Source: Octopus vulgaris
Lineage: Eukaryota
NCBI GenBank assembly: GCA_951406725.2
Contig: OX597814.1
Coordinates: 189,472,001 to 189,536,000 of the forward strand
Direction of reading: 5' to 3'
Length of the DNA stretch: 64,000 bases
This document shows, piece by piece, positions 1 through 13,137 of this stretch. The notes under the pieces are model-generated. The model was not told the origin of the DNA and did not search any database. It worked only from the letters and a program-made list of their open reading frames with translations. A program made the position numbers and the translations under genes. The first letter of the stretch is position 1. Every line of letters begins with the position of its first letter.

Positions 1-565
1 ATATATATATGTAAAAGTGTACATGTGTGCCAGTCTGTCTATTTGCCCGTTTCTATTCATCTGTGTATGTGCGTTTCTATATTTTAGCACCTACAATGAA
101 TAATGCTCGCCATAGATAGATGTAAACAAATTCTTTCAGTTCAGCACATGTAGCAAAAGTCGATGAGAATCTAGACATATGGGAGAATATATTTGTGTCA
201 ATGTTTTGGTGCCAACCTATGTTATAGATAGAGAGAAAATGGAAATGATGACGTTAAGTTGTAGAAGAAGGCTAAAGTGACGAGTTATGAAAATTTTCAA
301 TATTTGTCAAGTTTGCAGTTGGCAATCTGCGCCGACGACAACACATGCGTACTGTTGTTTACAATCGTATTGATGAGACTTAGACAGTGAACAACACACA
401 TACACACTCATTCTTAGACACAGATATACAGATGTCTATTCATAGACAGATATATGTGTGTGTGTGTGTGCGCGCGTGTATCTGGATGTGTGTGTGTGTA
501 TATGCGAGAATGCATTTATTTGTATATTAATGCGCATAATCTTGCATCTATACATTTATAAATAT

Positions 566-610
<45 letters not shown>

Positions 611-705
611 CGTGTATTTACAGTACATGCATACATGCATTGATACGTTTATATATACCATGTATATACGCATACGTAGCTATACATATCTACGCATGGA
701 CGTAT

Positions 706-912
706 ACTCTTTTACTCTTTTACTTGTTTCAGTCATTTGACTGTGGCTATGCTGGAGCACCGCCTTTAGTCGAGCAAATCGACCCTAGGACTTATTCTTT
801 GTAAGCCTAGTACTTATTCCATCGGTCTCTTTTGCTGAACAACTAAGTTACGGGGACGTAAACACACCAGCATCGGTTGTTAGGCGATGTTGGGAGGACA
901 ATCACAGACACA

Positions 913-982
<70 letters not shown>

Positions 983-1151
983 TATGACGGGCTTCTTTCA
1001 GTTTCCGTCTACCAAATCCACTCACAAGGCTTTGGTCGGCCCGAGGCTATAGTAGAAGACACTTGACCAAGGTGCCACGCAGTGGGACTGAACCCCCCCG
1101 GAACCATGAGGTTGGTAAGCAAGCTACTTACCACACAGCCACTCCTGCGCC
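706..1151 (-). mobile_element. tRNA-derived SINE family A (CORE-like, Octopus OR-type), full length
   Basis: Minus strand begins GGCGCAGGAGTGGCTGTGTGGTAAG (A box TGGCTGTGTGG) with B box GGTTCAGTCCC. Then a CCTTGGTCAAGTGTCTT core-like block, internal (TA)n(TG)n and a tail ending (GTAAAAGA)2. Near-identical copies at 25071, 37126, 47966, 52422 and 62186. Confidence 0.9.
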
Positions 1152-1604
1152 TATGTATATATGTATATACATGCACGAATATACACAAACACACACACAG
1201 ATCCACACACGCAAACATACATATATGCACACAGACCTACTTATGTATTTATGCATGTGTGTATGAATGCATTTTGGCATGCACGCATGTGCATCTATAA
1301 ACGCAATTTGCGGCGGTGACACATAGGATTAAATGCCGATACGCTCAAGACAGAGTTTCACATCTTGATGCTGGCAAGTAACATTTGAAATACAGATGTA
1401 TGATTACACATAAGACACATATCAAAATAAACATTTATATATCCACCCATGCGCTTGCTCATATGACTGCATGTGTGTGTGTATGTGTGTAAGTGTTTGT
1501 GTGTGTGCCTCTGTGTGTGTGTGTGTGCGTGCGTGAGTGTGTATAGGTGTGTAGGTGTTTGTGAGTAATATACACAGAAAATTCTATAAACAAACACATG
1601 TGTG

Positions 1605-1641
<37 letters not shown>

Positions 1642-1651
1642 CACTGTATGT

Positions 1652-1688
<37 letters not shown>

Positions 1689-1728
1689 CAGACACATATA
1701 ATATATACATACAGCTATATACTTAGAT

Positions 1729-2046
1729 ACTTAACTTTATATAATAAAGGCGAAAAATTGAATATTAATTTAATTAATATCAATTTAAAACCTGTGACCT
1801 AGTATATTGAAAAATCTGAAGATTCAGAAAAATTATATTACATACATATAAGAGGGGTGACCACTAAGTGGACATCCATTATGCTAGAGGTAGACCCCCA
1901 TATGGTCTGATCACTAAGAAAATATTGTTCTCAAGTAAATTCAGCAAACGTCAGAACGTACGTTTTCTTAGTGGTCAGACCATATGGGGGTCTACCTCTG
2001 GCATAATGGATGGCCACTTAGTGGTCATCGCTCTTATATGTATGTA
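1729..2046. mobile_element. Penelope-like element remnant with long internal inverted repeat
   Basis: ~87-bp inverted repeat (about 1836-1922 vs 1964-2049) with ~40-bp spacer. Flanked by direct repeat ATACTTAGAT (1719-1728, 2047-2056). Family assignment is inferred from the architecture. Confidence 0.5.
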
Positions 2047-2169
2047 ATACTTAGATTCTTAGATAAGTTTCGGCTAGAATTGGCCTTTGTTATGACCAAC
2101 TGTGTAGCACTACCTGGAGAATATGTACATACACCCAGCCTACATACACAAACACACATATATAAATGT

Positions 2170-2203
<34 letters not shown>

Positions 2204-2297
2204 GCATGTGTATGTGTATATATATTATTTAAAACAGTTTGATTTGGCTCCATGCGACTTAGTTTCGCTGGTCCCTATGAGACGGGTTTGTTTCTGT

Positions 2298-2345
<48 letters not shown>

Positions 2346-2495
2346 AGTATATATGCACATGGATATATACCTGTTATGTATGTATATATATATATAAGAG
2401 AGAGAGAGATATACGTACACACACATTCACATATGTATATTGTTGTGTCTCTCTGTGTATTTCTGCTTATGTATCCGTATATCGATATATACACA

Positions 2496-2652
<157 letters not shown>

Positions 2653-3206
2653 ACACTCACACATACATACGTACAAACACACAGACAGACAGACGGGCAG
2701 GTAGGTAAATAGACATTCATAAATACAAAGAATAGACACACTGGTGGAATTTCCTAGGTGATTCTTCCAGCTTTTCAGTTATTAAAGGGCATGCCAAATC
2801 TTTGGTGCTGAATATTCTACAGACACGTGTACCTTTAATGCATTTCTCAGACTATATCACTGCGACATATCGCTTGACTCACCTGGATCCTCTAATTACA
2901 GCCATGAATGGGCTTCCGAACAATTTCCGTTTACCCATTTCCACTTGGAAGATTTCGGGCGAGGAAAGGATGTGGCAAATTGATATTTGCATGTTTGTTC
3001 AACACACCCGTGCCGGATCTAGGCCGGGTCCTCATTGTTTCCAAGTAGGAATTTTAGCCGCTTGGTTATGATTCTCCATACACACACACACACGCTTGTT
3101 TGTTTATTCATACGTTTAGTCTCATTCGATACCCTGACCCCGATGTTTGTTTTGTCTGACCTCGTATCGTCCCCTCTTTTTCTCAACCTTATGGTGAATA
3201 AAGAAA

Positions 3207-3242
<36 letters not shown>

Positions 3243-3752
3243 TACACACACATACACAGACACACACACACATGCGCATACACATTAACACACAGAGAAA
3301 TAGATTCACACCTGTATATTTTTCATATTGATACACACACATTATATGTGTGTGTGTGTGTGTGTGTATGTATATGTGGCTAGCTGGCTGGCTGGATAGA
3401 TAGATGGATGATTATATAAACACCTAAATATGTAGATTCAAATACAAACATGTATCATTATATATAAATATACACACAGATTCACACATAAATGCGTTTT
3501 TATGTTGATACACACACGCGCACACACACACATATATACATATACGCATAATCCATATATATATATATATATATATATAGTGTAATAAATAAAATACATA
3601 CATACATACATATATGTACGTACCTACATCTACATGTATACATACATGCATATATAAATATATATACGTGAGTACAGGACACCACAAATAGACGTAGAAC
3701 TCAACGAGAAACGAAATCGTAAAAACAAACGTGGAAACGGACCTAAACGAAC

Positions 3753-3788
<36 letters not shown>

Positions 3789-4539
3789 GGTAAGTTTACG
3801 AAAATAAACAAAAGACGAAGGCAGGTGGTGTACAAACAAACAGATATACACACATATATATATATACACATAATCCATATATATATATATATATAGGCAT
3901 TCTTTCGTGATAACCTAACCAGCTGATCCTTTTGACGTTTATGTGGGTTATAACGAAAGAAAGCCTTATATTTTTTTTTTTTACCAGAGAAACAAAACAA
4001 GATGAGTTACTCATGGATCTAAAGTCTCATGTAACAGTACTTTTCAAACTTAGGAAAGTGCGTTGGCAATTCATCGATGTATGTAACACCTGTAGTATAT
4101 TCAGCTTACAACGTGTATGTGTGTGTATATGTGTGTGTACGTGTATGTGTGGAGGTGTTTATGTGTGTGTGTGTGTGTGTGTGTGTATTCATACATTTAC
4201 TCTACAGGTACATAAGTTTATGTATGTATATACTATACGTATGTTGTATGTGTGTGTAGGGGGGGGCACTCATGTCGTGTAGTTATGTATATTGTGTGAA
4301 AACAAAATCTTCAGATGAAAACTTGAGAAATTCACATTGCCAATTATTGAAACGATGTTTAAACGAAATTTTGTGCTCATTTTTGTAAATACAAATTTAC
4401 ATTAATGCACGCTTAATGCACACATAACCACACACATGCACACATTTACATATACATACATACGTACATATGTGTGTATGTGTGTATTATGCACGTACGT
4501 ATGAATATATGTATATAATGCGTGTATGTGTATATATGC

Positions 4540-4786
4540 AGGCATGCAAGCATGTATGTGGGTGTATGTGCATGCATGTATACATGCATGTGTATATGTA
4601 TGTATGTATGTATGTATGTATCTATGTATGTATATATGTATGTATATATGGGTGTGTATGTGCATGCATGTATACATGCATGTGTATATGTATGTATGTA
4701 TGTGTATGTCTGTCTGTATGTCTGTCTGTCTGTCTGTATGTATGTATATATGGATGTGTATGTGAATGCATGTATACATGCATGTG

Positions 4787-4818
<32 letters not shown>

Positions 4819-4916
4819 TGTATGTATGTATGTGAATGCATGTATACATGCATGTGTATATGTATGTATGTATATATATATGGGTGTGTATGTGAATGCA
4901 TGTATACATGCATGTG

Positions 4917-4948
<32 letters not shown>

Positions 4949-4960
4949 TGTATGTATGTA
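4540..4960. repeat. compound minisatellite of palindromic ATGCATGTATACATGCAT units separated by (TATG)n
   Basis: Five copies of the palindromic unit (about 4572, 4664, 4767, 4836, 4896). Confidence 0.85.
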
Positions 4961-5006
4961 TAAGCACATAGGTGAGTAGTTAGCTTGACACAGAAATAGA
5001 TGGACT

Positions 5007-5048
<42 letters not shown>

Positions 5049-5470
5049 TAGATAGGTACATCATTAATTAGAGAGATAGATGAACAGACTGATAGAGAGA
5101 CAGGTGGGTAGGGAGGCACGCAGGCAGACAGACAGATAGACAGACAGATGCACAAACAGACAGGAAAACAGAGAGACAAATAAATAGAAAGAGATAGATA
5201 GACAGGTACCAGATAATAGATAGATAGATAGATAGATTGATAGATTGATAGACAGGTACGCAGGTAGATAGAGAGACAGGTACGCCGGTAAACAGACAGG
5301 TACGGAGGCAGACAGACACACAGACAGATACGCAGACAGAAGTCAGAGAGACAGACAGACAGGTAGTTAGATAGATAGTTGGATACAGATTGACAGGCAG
5401 GCAGACACACAGATAGATAGATGTCAGGCCTTGTGCCTATAGTAGAAAATACATGCATTGAGGTAGACAT

Positions 5471-5549
<79 letters not shown>

Positions 5550-5927
5550 TTTAGACAGGTAGGTAGATAGACAGGCAGACAGAGACATAGAAAGACAGAC
5601 AGAAAGACAGATAGTTGTACGTACGTGTATTTGTTTACATACGTAAGACACTGTGTGCGTTAACGAAGTAACGAATTTTCGAAAGAGAGGAATATTGACG
5701 TTTCTCAAATAATAATAATAAAAAAAAAGTTACTAACTCTACGTCACGGTATTTGAATCGATGTCTGTACGAAACAGTATTATAATGTTCATTTGGAGAA
5801 AGACGAAAAAAATTTTTTTAGCAAGCAGATGAAAAGAAATTATCGGCAGAGATTGTTAATGAGTATTCCGTGATTGGTTTCGAAAATTTCTCGCATATAT
5901 GCGTGTGTGTATATATATATAAATATA

Positions 5928-5979
<52 letters not shown>

Positions 5980-6108
5980 AACATCCATCCGTATAAACAT
6001 ACATACATATGTACATACATGCAAACTTGTACATATATATAGACACAAACATCCATCCGTATAAACATACATACATATATACATACATGCAAGCTTGTAT
6101 ATACACTC

Positions 6109-6145
<37 letters not shown>

Positions 6146-6261
6146 ACAAATATTGTTACATATATATTTGTGTATGTGTATATATATTCATACATACAAG
6201 CATACACGTACACACACCACACTACAACACCCCCACTCACACATATGCATATATATGTGTA

Positions 6262-6313
<52 letters not shown>

Positions 6314-6421
6314 TGAAGGCAAGACTGCATGTCTGTGTGCATGATTACGAATGCTACCACGATTGCGTTTTATAATGTAAGCTATTGAAAAATGACGATA
6401 AATATATGAATAAACAGTAGC

Positions 6422-6423
<2 letters not shown>

Positions 6424-6488
<65 letters not shown>
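6424..6488. repeat. (TAA)n microsatellite
   Basis: Perfect trinucleotide run. Confidence 0.95.
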
Positions 6489-6788
6489 GTGAGAATAATA
6501 ATGATAACTGGTTTGAAGGATACGAGCAAAAACCTTATTACACGGAATTCAGTAACGGTAAAAACAACAGCGTAAACATAGCTAGATACATGTCGATTTG
6601 TTCGACTAAAGGCGGTGCTACAGCATGGCCGCAGTCAAAATGACTGAAACGAATAAAAGATATATATATATATATATTTATTTATATATATATATAATTG
6701 AAATATAGACGAAAATATGAGAAAAACGTAGATAGACAGTGAGATAGACAGACAGTTTTCAGAGACAGACAGACAGACATATAGATAA

Positions 6789-6864
<76 letters not shown>

Positions 6865-7100
6865 GTATGTATTTGAATATAAATATATGAGTGTATGTTT
6901 GTATTATGTATGTATTTACGTTTCTGTATATGAATGTGTTTGTGTTTTGTGTGTGTATGTAAGTAAATGACACCGGTTATAATGTTAGTTAAGAAACAGG
7001 ATTTTAATAGACAGCATGCATATGTGTGTGTAGCTGTGTGTGTGTGTACGTTTGTTATACGAAAAAAAAAATTGAGGTTGTGACATGAGAAAAACCGTAC

Positions 7101-7917
7101 CTCCGTTGTTGAGAATCGATCCCCCGTACTTTGATATTCGTTCTCCTACTTGTTCATCTGTTCTCTCGTTCGAAACGTATCGCTCGTTCGTTCGTTCGTT
7201 CGTTCGTTTGTTTGTCCAAAATCAACTGACAAGAACATGAGATCCTCCTCATCAGACGACGACGATGACGACGACGACGACGACGTGTTGAGGGTGTTGT
7301 GTCGACGGTGAGTAGTTTTAGTCGTAGGGAGAGGTGGTAACGCGCGCGCGTGTGTGTGTGTTGTGTGTATGAGGGGGGGGGATATGGAGGTAGTGTTGCT
7401 GATGACGATGATGATGATTATGGTGGTGCTGGTGGCGGTGTCGTTGGTATTTTAGTTGTTGTTTGCGGCGGCGGCGGTGGTGGTTGTGTGTTTGTGGTCT
7501 TTTGTGATACAGTTTAGTAATGTTTGATAGAGGTTTTGTTTAAAGGTTGGTTGGTTTGTTGGAGCTGGTGGTGATGAATTTTAATGTTCCAGGAGGTGTC
7601 GATAGCGGTGAGATGGTTTGAACAGAGAGTGGATGGTTTGAGGTGGTGGTGGTAGCGGAGGTGGTAGTGGTGCTAGTGGTTGGGTGGCGGGTAATAATAC
7701 TAAAGTAGATGAGAGTCGGTAGTGAAAAAAAAAAAAAGAGAGATAATAATGATAATAATAGCAATAACTATAATTATTATTATTATTATTACTATTGTTA
7801 TTATTATTAATGTTATTATTATTATTATTGTTATTGTTATAAAGAGAGTGAAAAGTCTCTCTCTGATATCCTTTTTATGTTAGCTTTGGTTTAAAGTGTT
7901 TCAGACAGTATAAGACT
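7101..7917 (-). other. putative first (5'UTR) exon of an unidentified minus-strand gene
   Basis: CpG-rich non-TE sequence with CCA/CCG/TCG triplet runs. Donor-like GGAG|GTACGG at 7101/7100. The first ATGs open only short uORFs (7252-7154, 32 aa; 7238-7146, 30 aa). No downstream exon recognised in the window. Confidence 0.5.
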
Positions 7918-8100
7918 GTCCGCCGCACCGCTTTCGCTCCAGCCCCCGCCTCCGTATACATTCACAGACGGACACGCACATATGTTGTCCCCCTCCCTGC
8001 CCCCCTCTCTCTCGTTCTCTTTCTCTCTCTCTCTCTCTCGTTCTCTTTCTCGGTAGCTCGCTCTGCGGCTCTTTCGCACTTTCCCTCTCGCTCACTCTGC
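7910..8100 (-). promoter_or_regulatory. putative core promoter (GC box, Inr-like ACAGTC, GA-repeat tract)
   Basis: Minus strand GGAGGCGGGGGCT at ~7953-7941, about 30 nt upstream of Inr-like ACAGTC (7919-7914). GAGA-rich tract at 8000-8100 and local CpG enrichment. Confidence 0.45.
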
Positions 8101-8162
<62 letters not shown>

Positions 8163-8349
8163 ATATATAAATATATATGTGTGTGTGTGTGTGTGTATTT
8201 CAGGACCCACGGACAGCCTTCGACTTTTTTTCTATCCAAAGGGGTCTTTTTCTAAGCCCAATATTTATATTGCTATTATTTCTAGCTTTATACGTGCTTC
8301 GAGATCAACTGATCCAAAATTAAAAACAAATAATAAAAAAGAATGTGTT

Positions 8350-8528
8350 ATGTTCGTGTATATATATATATATATATACATGTACATATATGTGTGTGTA
8401 TATATATATATGTACATATATGTGTGTGTATATATATATATGTATATATATATGTGTGTGTATATATATATATATATATGTGTATATATATATATATATT
8501 TATATATGTATATATATATATTTATATA

Positions 8529-8565
<37 letters not shown>

Positions 8566-8635
8566 GTATGTATATATATGTATATATATGTATGTAAATA
8601 TATATATGTATATATATATGTACATATATATGTAT

Positions 8636-8667
<32 letters not shown>

Positions 8668-8716
8668 GTTTATATGTATATATATGTATGTATATGTATG
8701 TATATATATATATATG

Positions 8717-8748
<32 letters not shown>

Positions 8749-8765
8749 TGTATGTGTATATATAC
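8350..8765. repeat. degenerate (TA)n/(TATG)n satellite
   Basis: Source of the YIYI ORFs. Comparable tracts at 9830-10410, 19388-19915, 42180-42350, 45240-45600, 53140-53580 and 60765-61100. Confidence 0.97.
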
Positions 8766-8956
8766 TTTACTCGCTTTTAACGCTCTTTTTTCGCTATCGT
8801 TCTAATTTCTCTCTTGTTGAGTCTCTTCCTGTAATTCTTTGCGTATAAACCTCTCTCTCTCTTTCTCCCTCTCCCTCTCTCTCTCTCTAGCACTCTCTTT
8901 CTATCTCGCTTTCTCTGTGTGTATGTATGTGCATGCATATATGCGTTCGCCCATGC

Positions 8957-8987
<31 letters not shown>

Positions 8988-9149
8988 AGCAAGTGCCCGT
9001 GTATAGATGTGAGTGAGGGTTCTATTAGCTATCCTTCTTTGTGCTACTCCTCCCGTATCCTCCAACTACACCAGCTTTTCGTTTTTTGTTTATTTATTTG
9101 TGTATTTATTAATTAATTAATTAATTTATTTATTTTAATTATTTACTTA

Positions 9150-9610
9150 TTGTTTCAAGCTCCTACACCATGTCGTTCTTCTCTCTCTCTTTCTCTCCAC
9201 CTCTTCGCCTCTCTTTTTCCATCTCTTCTTTCTCCTCTTCCTCCACTTCCTCCTCGGCCGCTTACGCCGCCGACGCCACCATCGGTGTACCGCGCCGCAG
9301 TTTCACGCTTCCAACGTCACCAGGATCGTAAACACACACAAGACTGCGCGTCTGCTGTTGCAGTGGAAGCAACGGTGGTTGTTGCCGCGATGGCGGTGGT
9401 GCGGCTGGTGGTGGTGGCGGTGCTGGTGGTGAGGCTGGTGGTGGTGGAGAGGAGGAGGAGGCGGTGAGGCGCGGGGGGAGGGGGGAGGCGAGACTGACTG
9501 AGGGGCTCTTCTACGTCTCTTCTCGTTGTTTACCTTGCGTCCTCCGCTCCAGTGCCATTTCACCGCCCTCTGTTTAAAATAGCACCACCACAGCTTGCTT
9601 CAAATAAAAT
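9150..9610. promoter_or_regulatory. CpG/GC-rich unique island (possible enhancer or alternative promoter)
   Basis: Sharp GC/CpG peak with GGT/GGA triplet runs and G-tracts in otherwise AT-rich DNA. Not similar to repeats elsewhere in the window. Confidence 0.35.
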
Positions 9611-9893
9611 AGTCAACACATACACACACACACACACACACACGTACACTCAGTCATGCACACACACACGCACAAACTCAAACACACACACGTTCATACA
9701 AACACATACGCACACATACATATTTATATATGTAACGCAGACATGCAACACAAGTAATTGCATTTTCATCTGTGTGTGCATGTGTACATGTATATGCACA
9801 CACCCATACATAAATATAGCCAAATACACATTCCTATACATATATATATATATACACACACACACATATATATATATATATTTATATAATTAC

Positions 9894-9924
<31 letters not shown>

Positions 9925-10048
9925 AATATATACATGTGTATATTTATATATAAATATATATATATATTTTTATATATGTCTATATGTATGATATATATAT
10001 AAGCATCTATTTATCTACCTATCTATCTACCTATCTCTCTCTCTCTCT

Positions 10049-10120
<72 letters not shown>

Positions 10121-10346
10121 CCATATATGTATATATATATATCCATATATGTATATATATATATAAATATATATCCATATATGTATATATATGTGTGTGT
10201 GTGTGTGTGTGTGCATTTTATATATATATATATATATATTTCATATATATTTATTGAAATATATGATCATATATATGTATGTATATGCACTTATATATAC
10301 AAATATACATATATATATGTATATACATATATACACGTAAATACAC

Positions 10347-10387
<41 letters not shown>

Positions 10388-10774
10388 TATATATGCATAT
10401 ATATATATATACACACACACGCATGCGTACATACATAGATACATACATACATACATTCATACATACATAGCACACATGCACCCATCCGTCCTTAAGCACC
10501 TCCATGATCACATTAAGTCACGCAGACTTAAGCAAAAAAAAAAAAACGCGTGTTCTTACACGCACATACACACACACACATACACACATACGTAACAAAA
10601 CGTCCATATACCACACACCTGAGCATATTAACCATTAAAACCAACAGAGTTTTTCGATACTTAAACATTGAATCACATATGAAAAAATTGTACACGTAGA
10701 TTCATACACACACATATACATATATATATATATATATACTTAAACACACACACACACGCGCATATATTCATGTA

Positions 10775-10950
10775 AACGCGAACTTGATAAAACAGAGGAC
10801 AGCTGATTAAGGGATTGTTCTTTATGTTGCATGTCTCGTCTCTCCATTTGTTTCTTTCGTTGTTCGAAAAAAAGTTCGTTTTCCATGTTTTTATTTTTTC
10901 ATGTTCTTGATTTTCATGTTGTTCACGATTTTTTTACGTCCTGTACCCAT
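10775..10950. repeat. unclassified interspersed repeat (second copy ~34005-34175)
   Basis: Shared blocks GATAAAACA..CTGAT.AAGGGA.TGTTCTTTATGTTGC and TTTGTTTCTTTCGTTGTTC...ACGTCCTGTACCCATATAT in both copies. Confidence 0.75.
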
Positions 10951-11032
10951 ATATTCCTGTGTATATACATATGTATATGCATATATATATTATTTATATA
11001 TATATATGGATATATACATATACATATCTATG

Positions 11033-11077
<45 letters not shown>

Positions 11078-11088
11078 ATGTATATATT

Positions 11089-11132
<44 letters not shown>

Positions 11133-11296
11133 TATAGATATTCCTTTCCAAAATTACTATACTTACACATTCGCATATGCTATACATCGTATTAACACGA
11201 ATATATAGTATGCATCACGTAAAGCCGCTACACTTATAAACGCATATGTGTGAAGAGCACTTAGTCTTTGCGATACACTCACTGGGAAACACACAC

Positions 11297-11379
<83 letters not shown>

Positions 11380-11675
11380 CATGTATATACAAAATGCCTA
11401 GTTGTATTCTAATATTTATGTATGTGTACGTTTATCGATTATCACCGCTTGATAACAGGTGTTGGTTTGTTTATCTCTTCGTAACCTAACGGTTCGGCAA
11501 AAATAATTGTTGTGAGAGTAAGCACCAGCCATTCCAAAACAAAAAAATGTATTGGCATCGATTCGTTTTACTAAAATCCTTGAAGCCGTTGCCCCAGCAT
11601 GTCCCCGAAGTTCCAAAATTTTATATACGTCATACATAGACACACATATGTCTGCAAATGCAGATACATAAGTGC

Positions 11676-11718
<43 letters not shown>

Positions 11719-11719
<1 letters not shown>

Positions 11720-12553
11720 CAGCGTCCAAAACTGAATATAAAACTTACAGGGTACACTGGTCCACAGGGAATTTCAATCCAAGAGCCTAAATCAGTGAGG
11801 GACCTGGGTATCGACATGAGTGATGATACCTCTTTCCAAGTGCACATTACCAGGATGGCGACAAAATGCAGACGACTGGCTGGCTGGATCCTGAGAACAT
11901 TCAGAACCGGAGATAAGGAAACCATGATGGTCCTCTGGAAGACATTCGTCCTCAGCTGCCTGGATTACTGCTCACAGCTAAGATCACCCACAAGTGTGAA
12001 ATTAACAGCGGACTTTGAAGCAATCCAGAGAAATTCCCAAAGAAGATCGTCTCTTTGCAACTGCTCAGCTACTGGGAAAGGCTGAAACAGCTAAGACTCT
12101 ACTCCCTGGAGAGAAGGCGGCAGAGGTATGCAGTAATATACATATGGAAGATCCTAGAAGGAATTGTGCCAAATTTTGGCATTGAAAGCTACACCAATGC
12201 CAGTACGGGACGACACTGCATAGTTCCAAAGATCCCAGCAACGACATTGCGCTTCAGGACCAGTTACTGCAACAGCCTGGGTTTCAAGGGCCCACCGTTT
12301 TTTAATATTCTCCCAAAGAGCCTGAGGAAACTGCACAAAGTAGATGTAGGCATTTTAAAATCAAAACTGGACATCTTCTTGTCGAGAGTCCCAGATGAAC
12401 CTACATCACGGCAAGAGGTGCAAATGAGGGTAGCTATATCAAACTCCATTCTTCACCAAGTGCCACATATTGGAGGAGGCTCTCAGTAATAACAGTGTAG
12501 CAAAACGGTGGTGCATCAGCATGGCCGCCGCTCTGAGCTGAAACTACAGAAAA
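11719..12553 (+). mobile_element. 5'-truncated CR1-like non-LTR retrotransposon (ORF2 C-terminus, frameshifted, plus 3'UTR)
   Basis: ORFs 11672-12085 and 12055-12489 give VRDLGIDMSDDTSFQVHI, LWKTFVLSCLDYCSQL, YWERLKQLRLYSLERRR and FNILPK..KSKLDIFL. These are typical post-RT motifs of the CR1/L2 group. Inserted in (TA)n. Confidence 0.85.
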
Positions 12554-12579
12554 ATATATATATACGTATATATATATAC

Positions 12580-12619
<40 letters not shown>

Positions 12620-12622
<3 letters not shown>

Positions 12623-12894
12623 CGTGACCGACCAGGCTATCAGATGTGGCTACACATCGCTGGTCACAATGCGCTTCGCATTGTTTTAGCCTTCAAATGG
12701 CGCCAACAGAAGAAAGAGTGAGAGAAAGTTGTGGCGAAAGAGTACAGCAGGGAGCGCCACCTCTCCCTGCCGGAGCCTCGTGGAGCTTCAGGTGTTTTCC
12801 CTCAATAAACACTCACAACACCCAGTCTGGGAGTCGAAACCGCGATCCTACGACCGCGAGTGCGCTGCCTTAACCACTGGGCCATTGCACCTCC
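12620..12894 (-). mobile_element. tRNA-derived SINE family C
   Basis: Head GGAGGTGCAATGGCCCAGTGGTTAAGGCAGCG..GGTTTCGACTCCC with A and B boxes. Head and body shared with 55229-55538; head shared with 18033-18122. Confidence 0.85.
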
Positions 12895-12898
12895 ACAC

Positions 12899-12999
<101 letters not shown>

Positions 13000-13102
13000 C
13001 AAATGCATATACATATGTACTTATATATATATATACATATACATACATACATACTTATATATATATATTTGTATATATATACACACATACACATGCATAA
13101 CA

Positions 13103-13137
<35 letters not shown>

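Noticed and set aside
9150-9563. Pro/His/Val-rich ORFs in the GC island
   Set aside because: Non-ATG starts and low-complexity triplet repeats on both strands.
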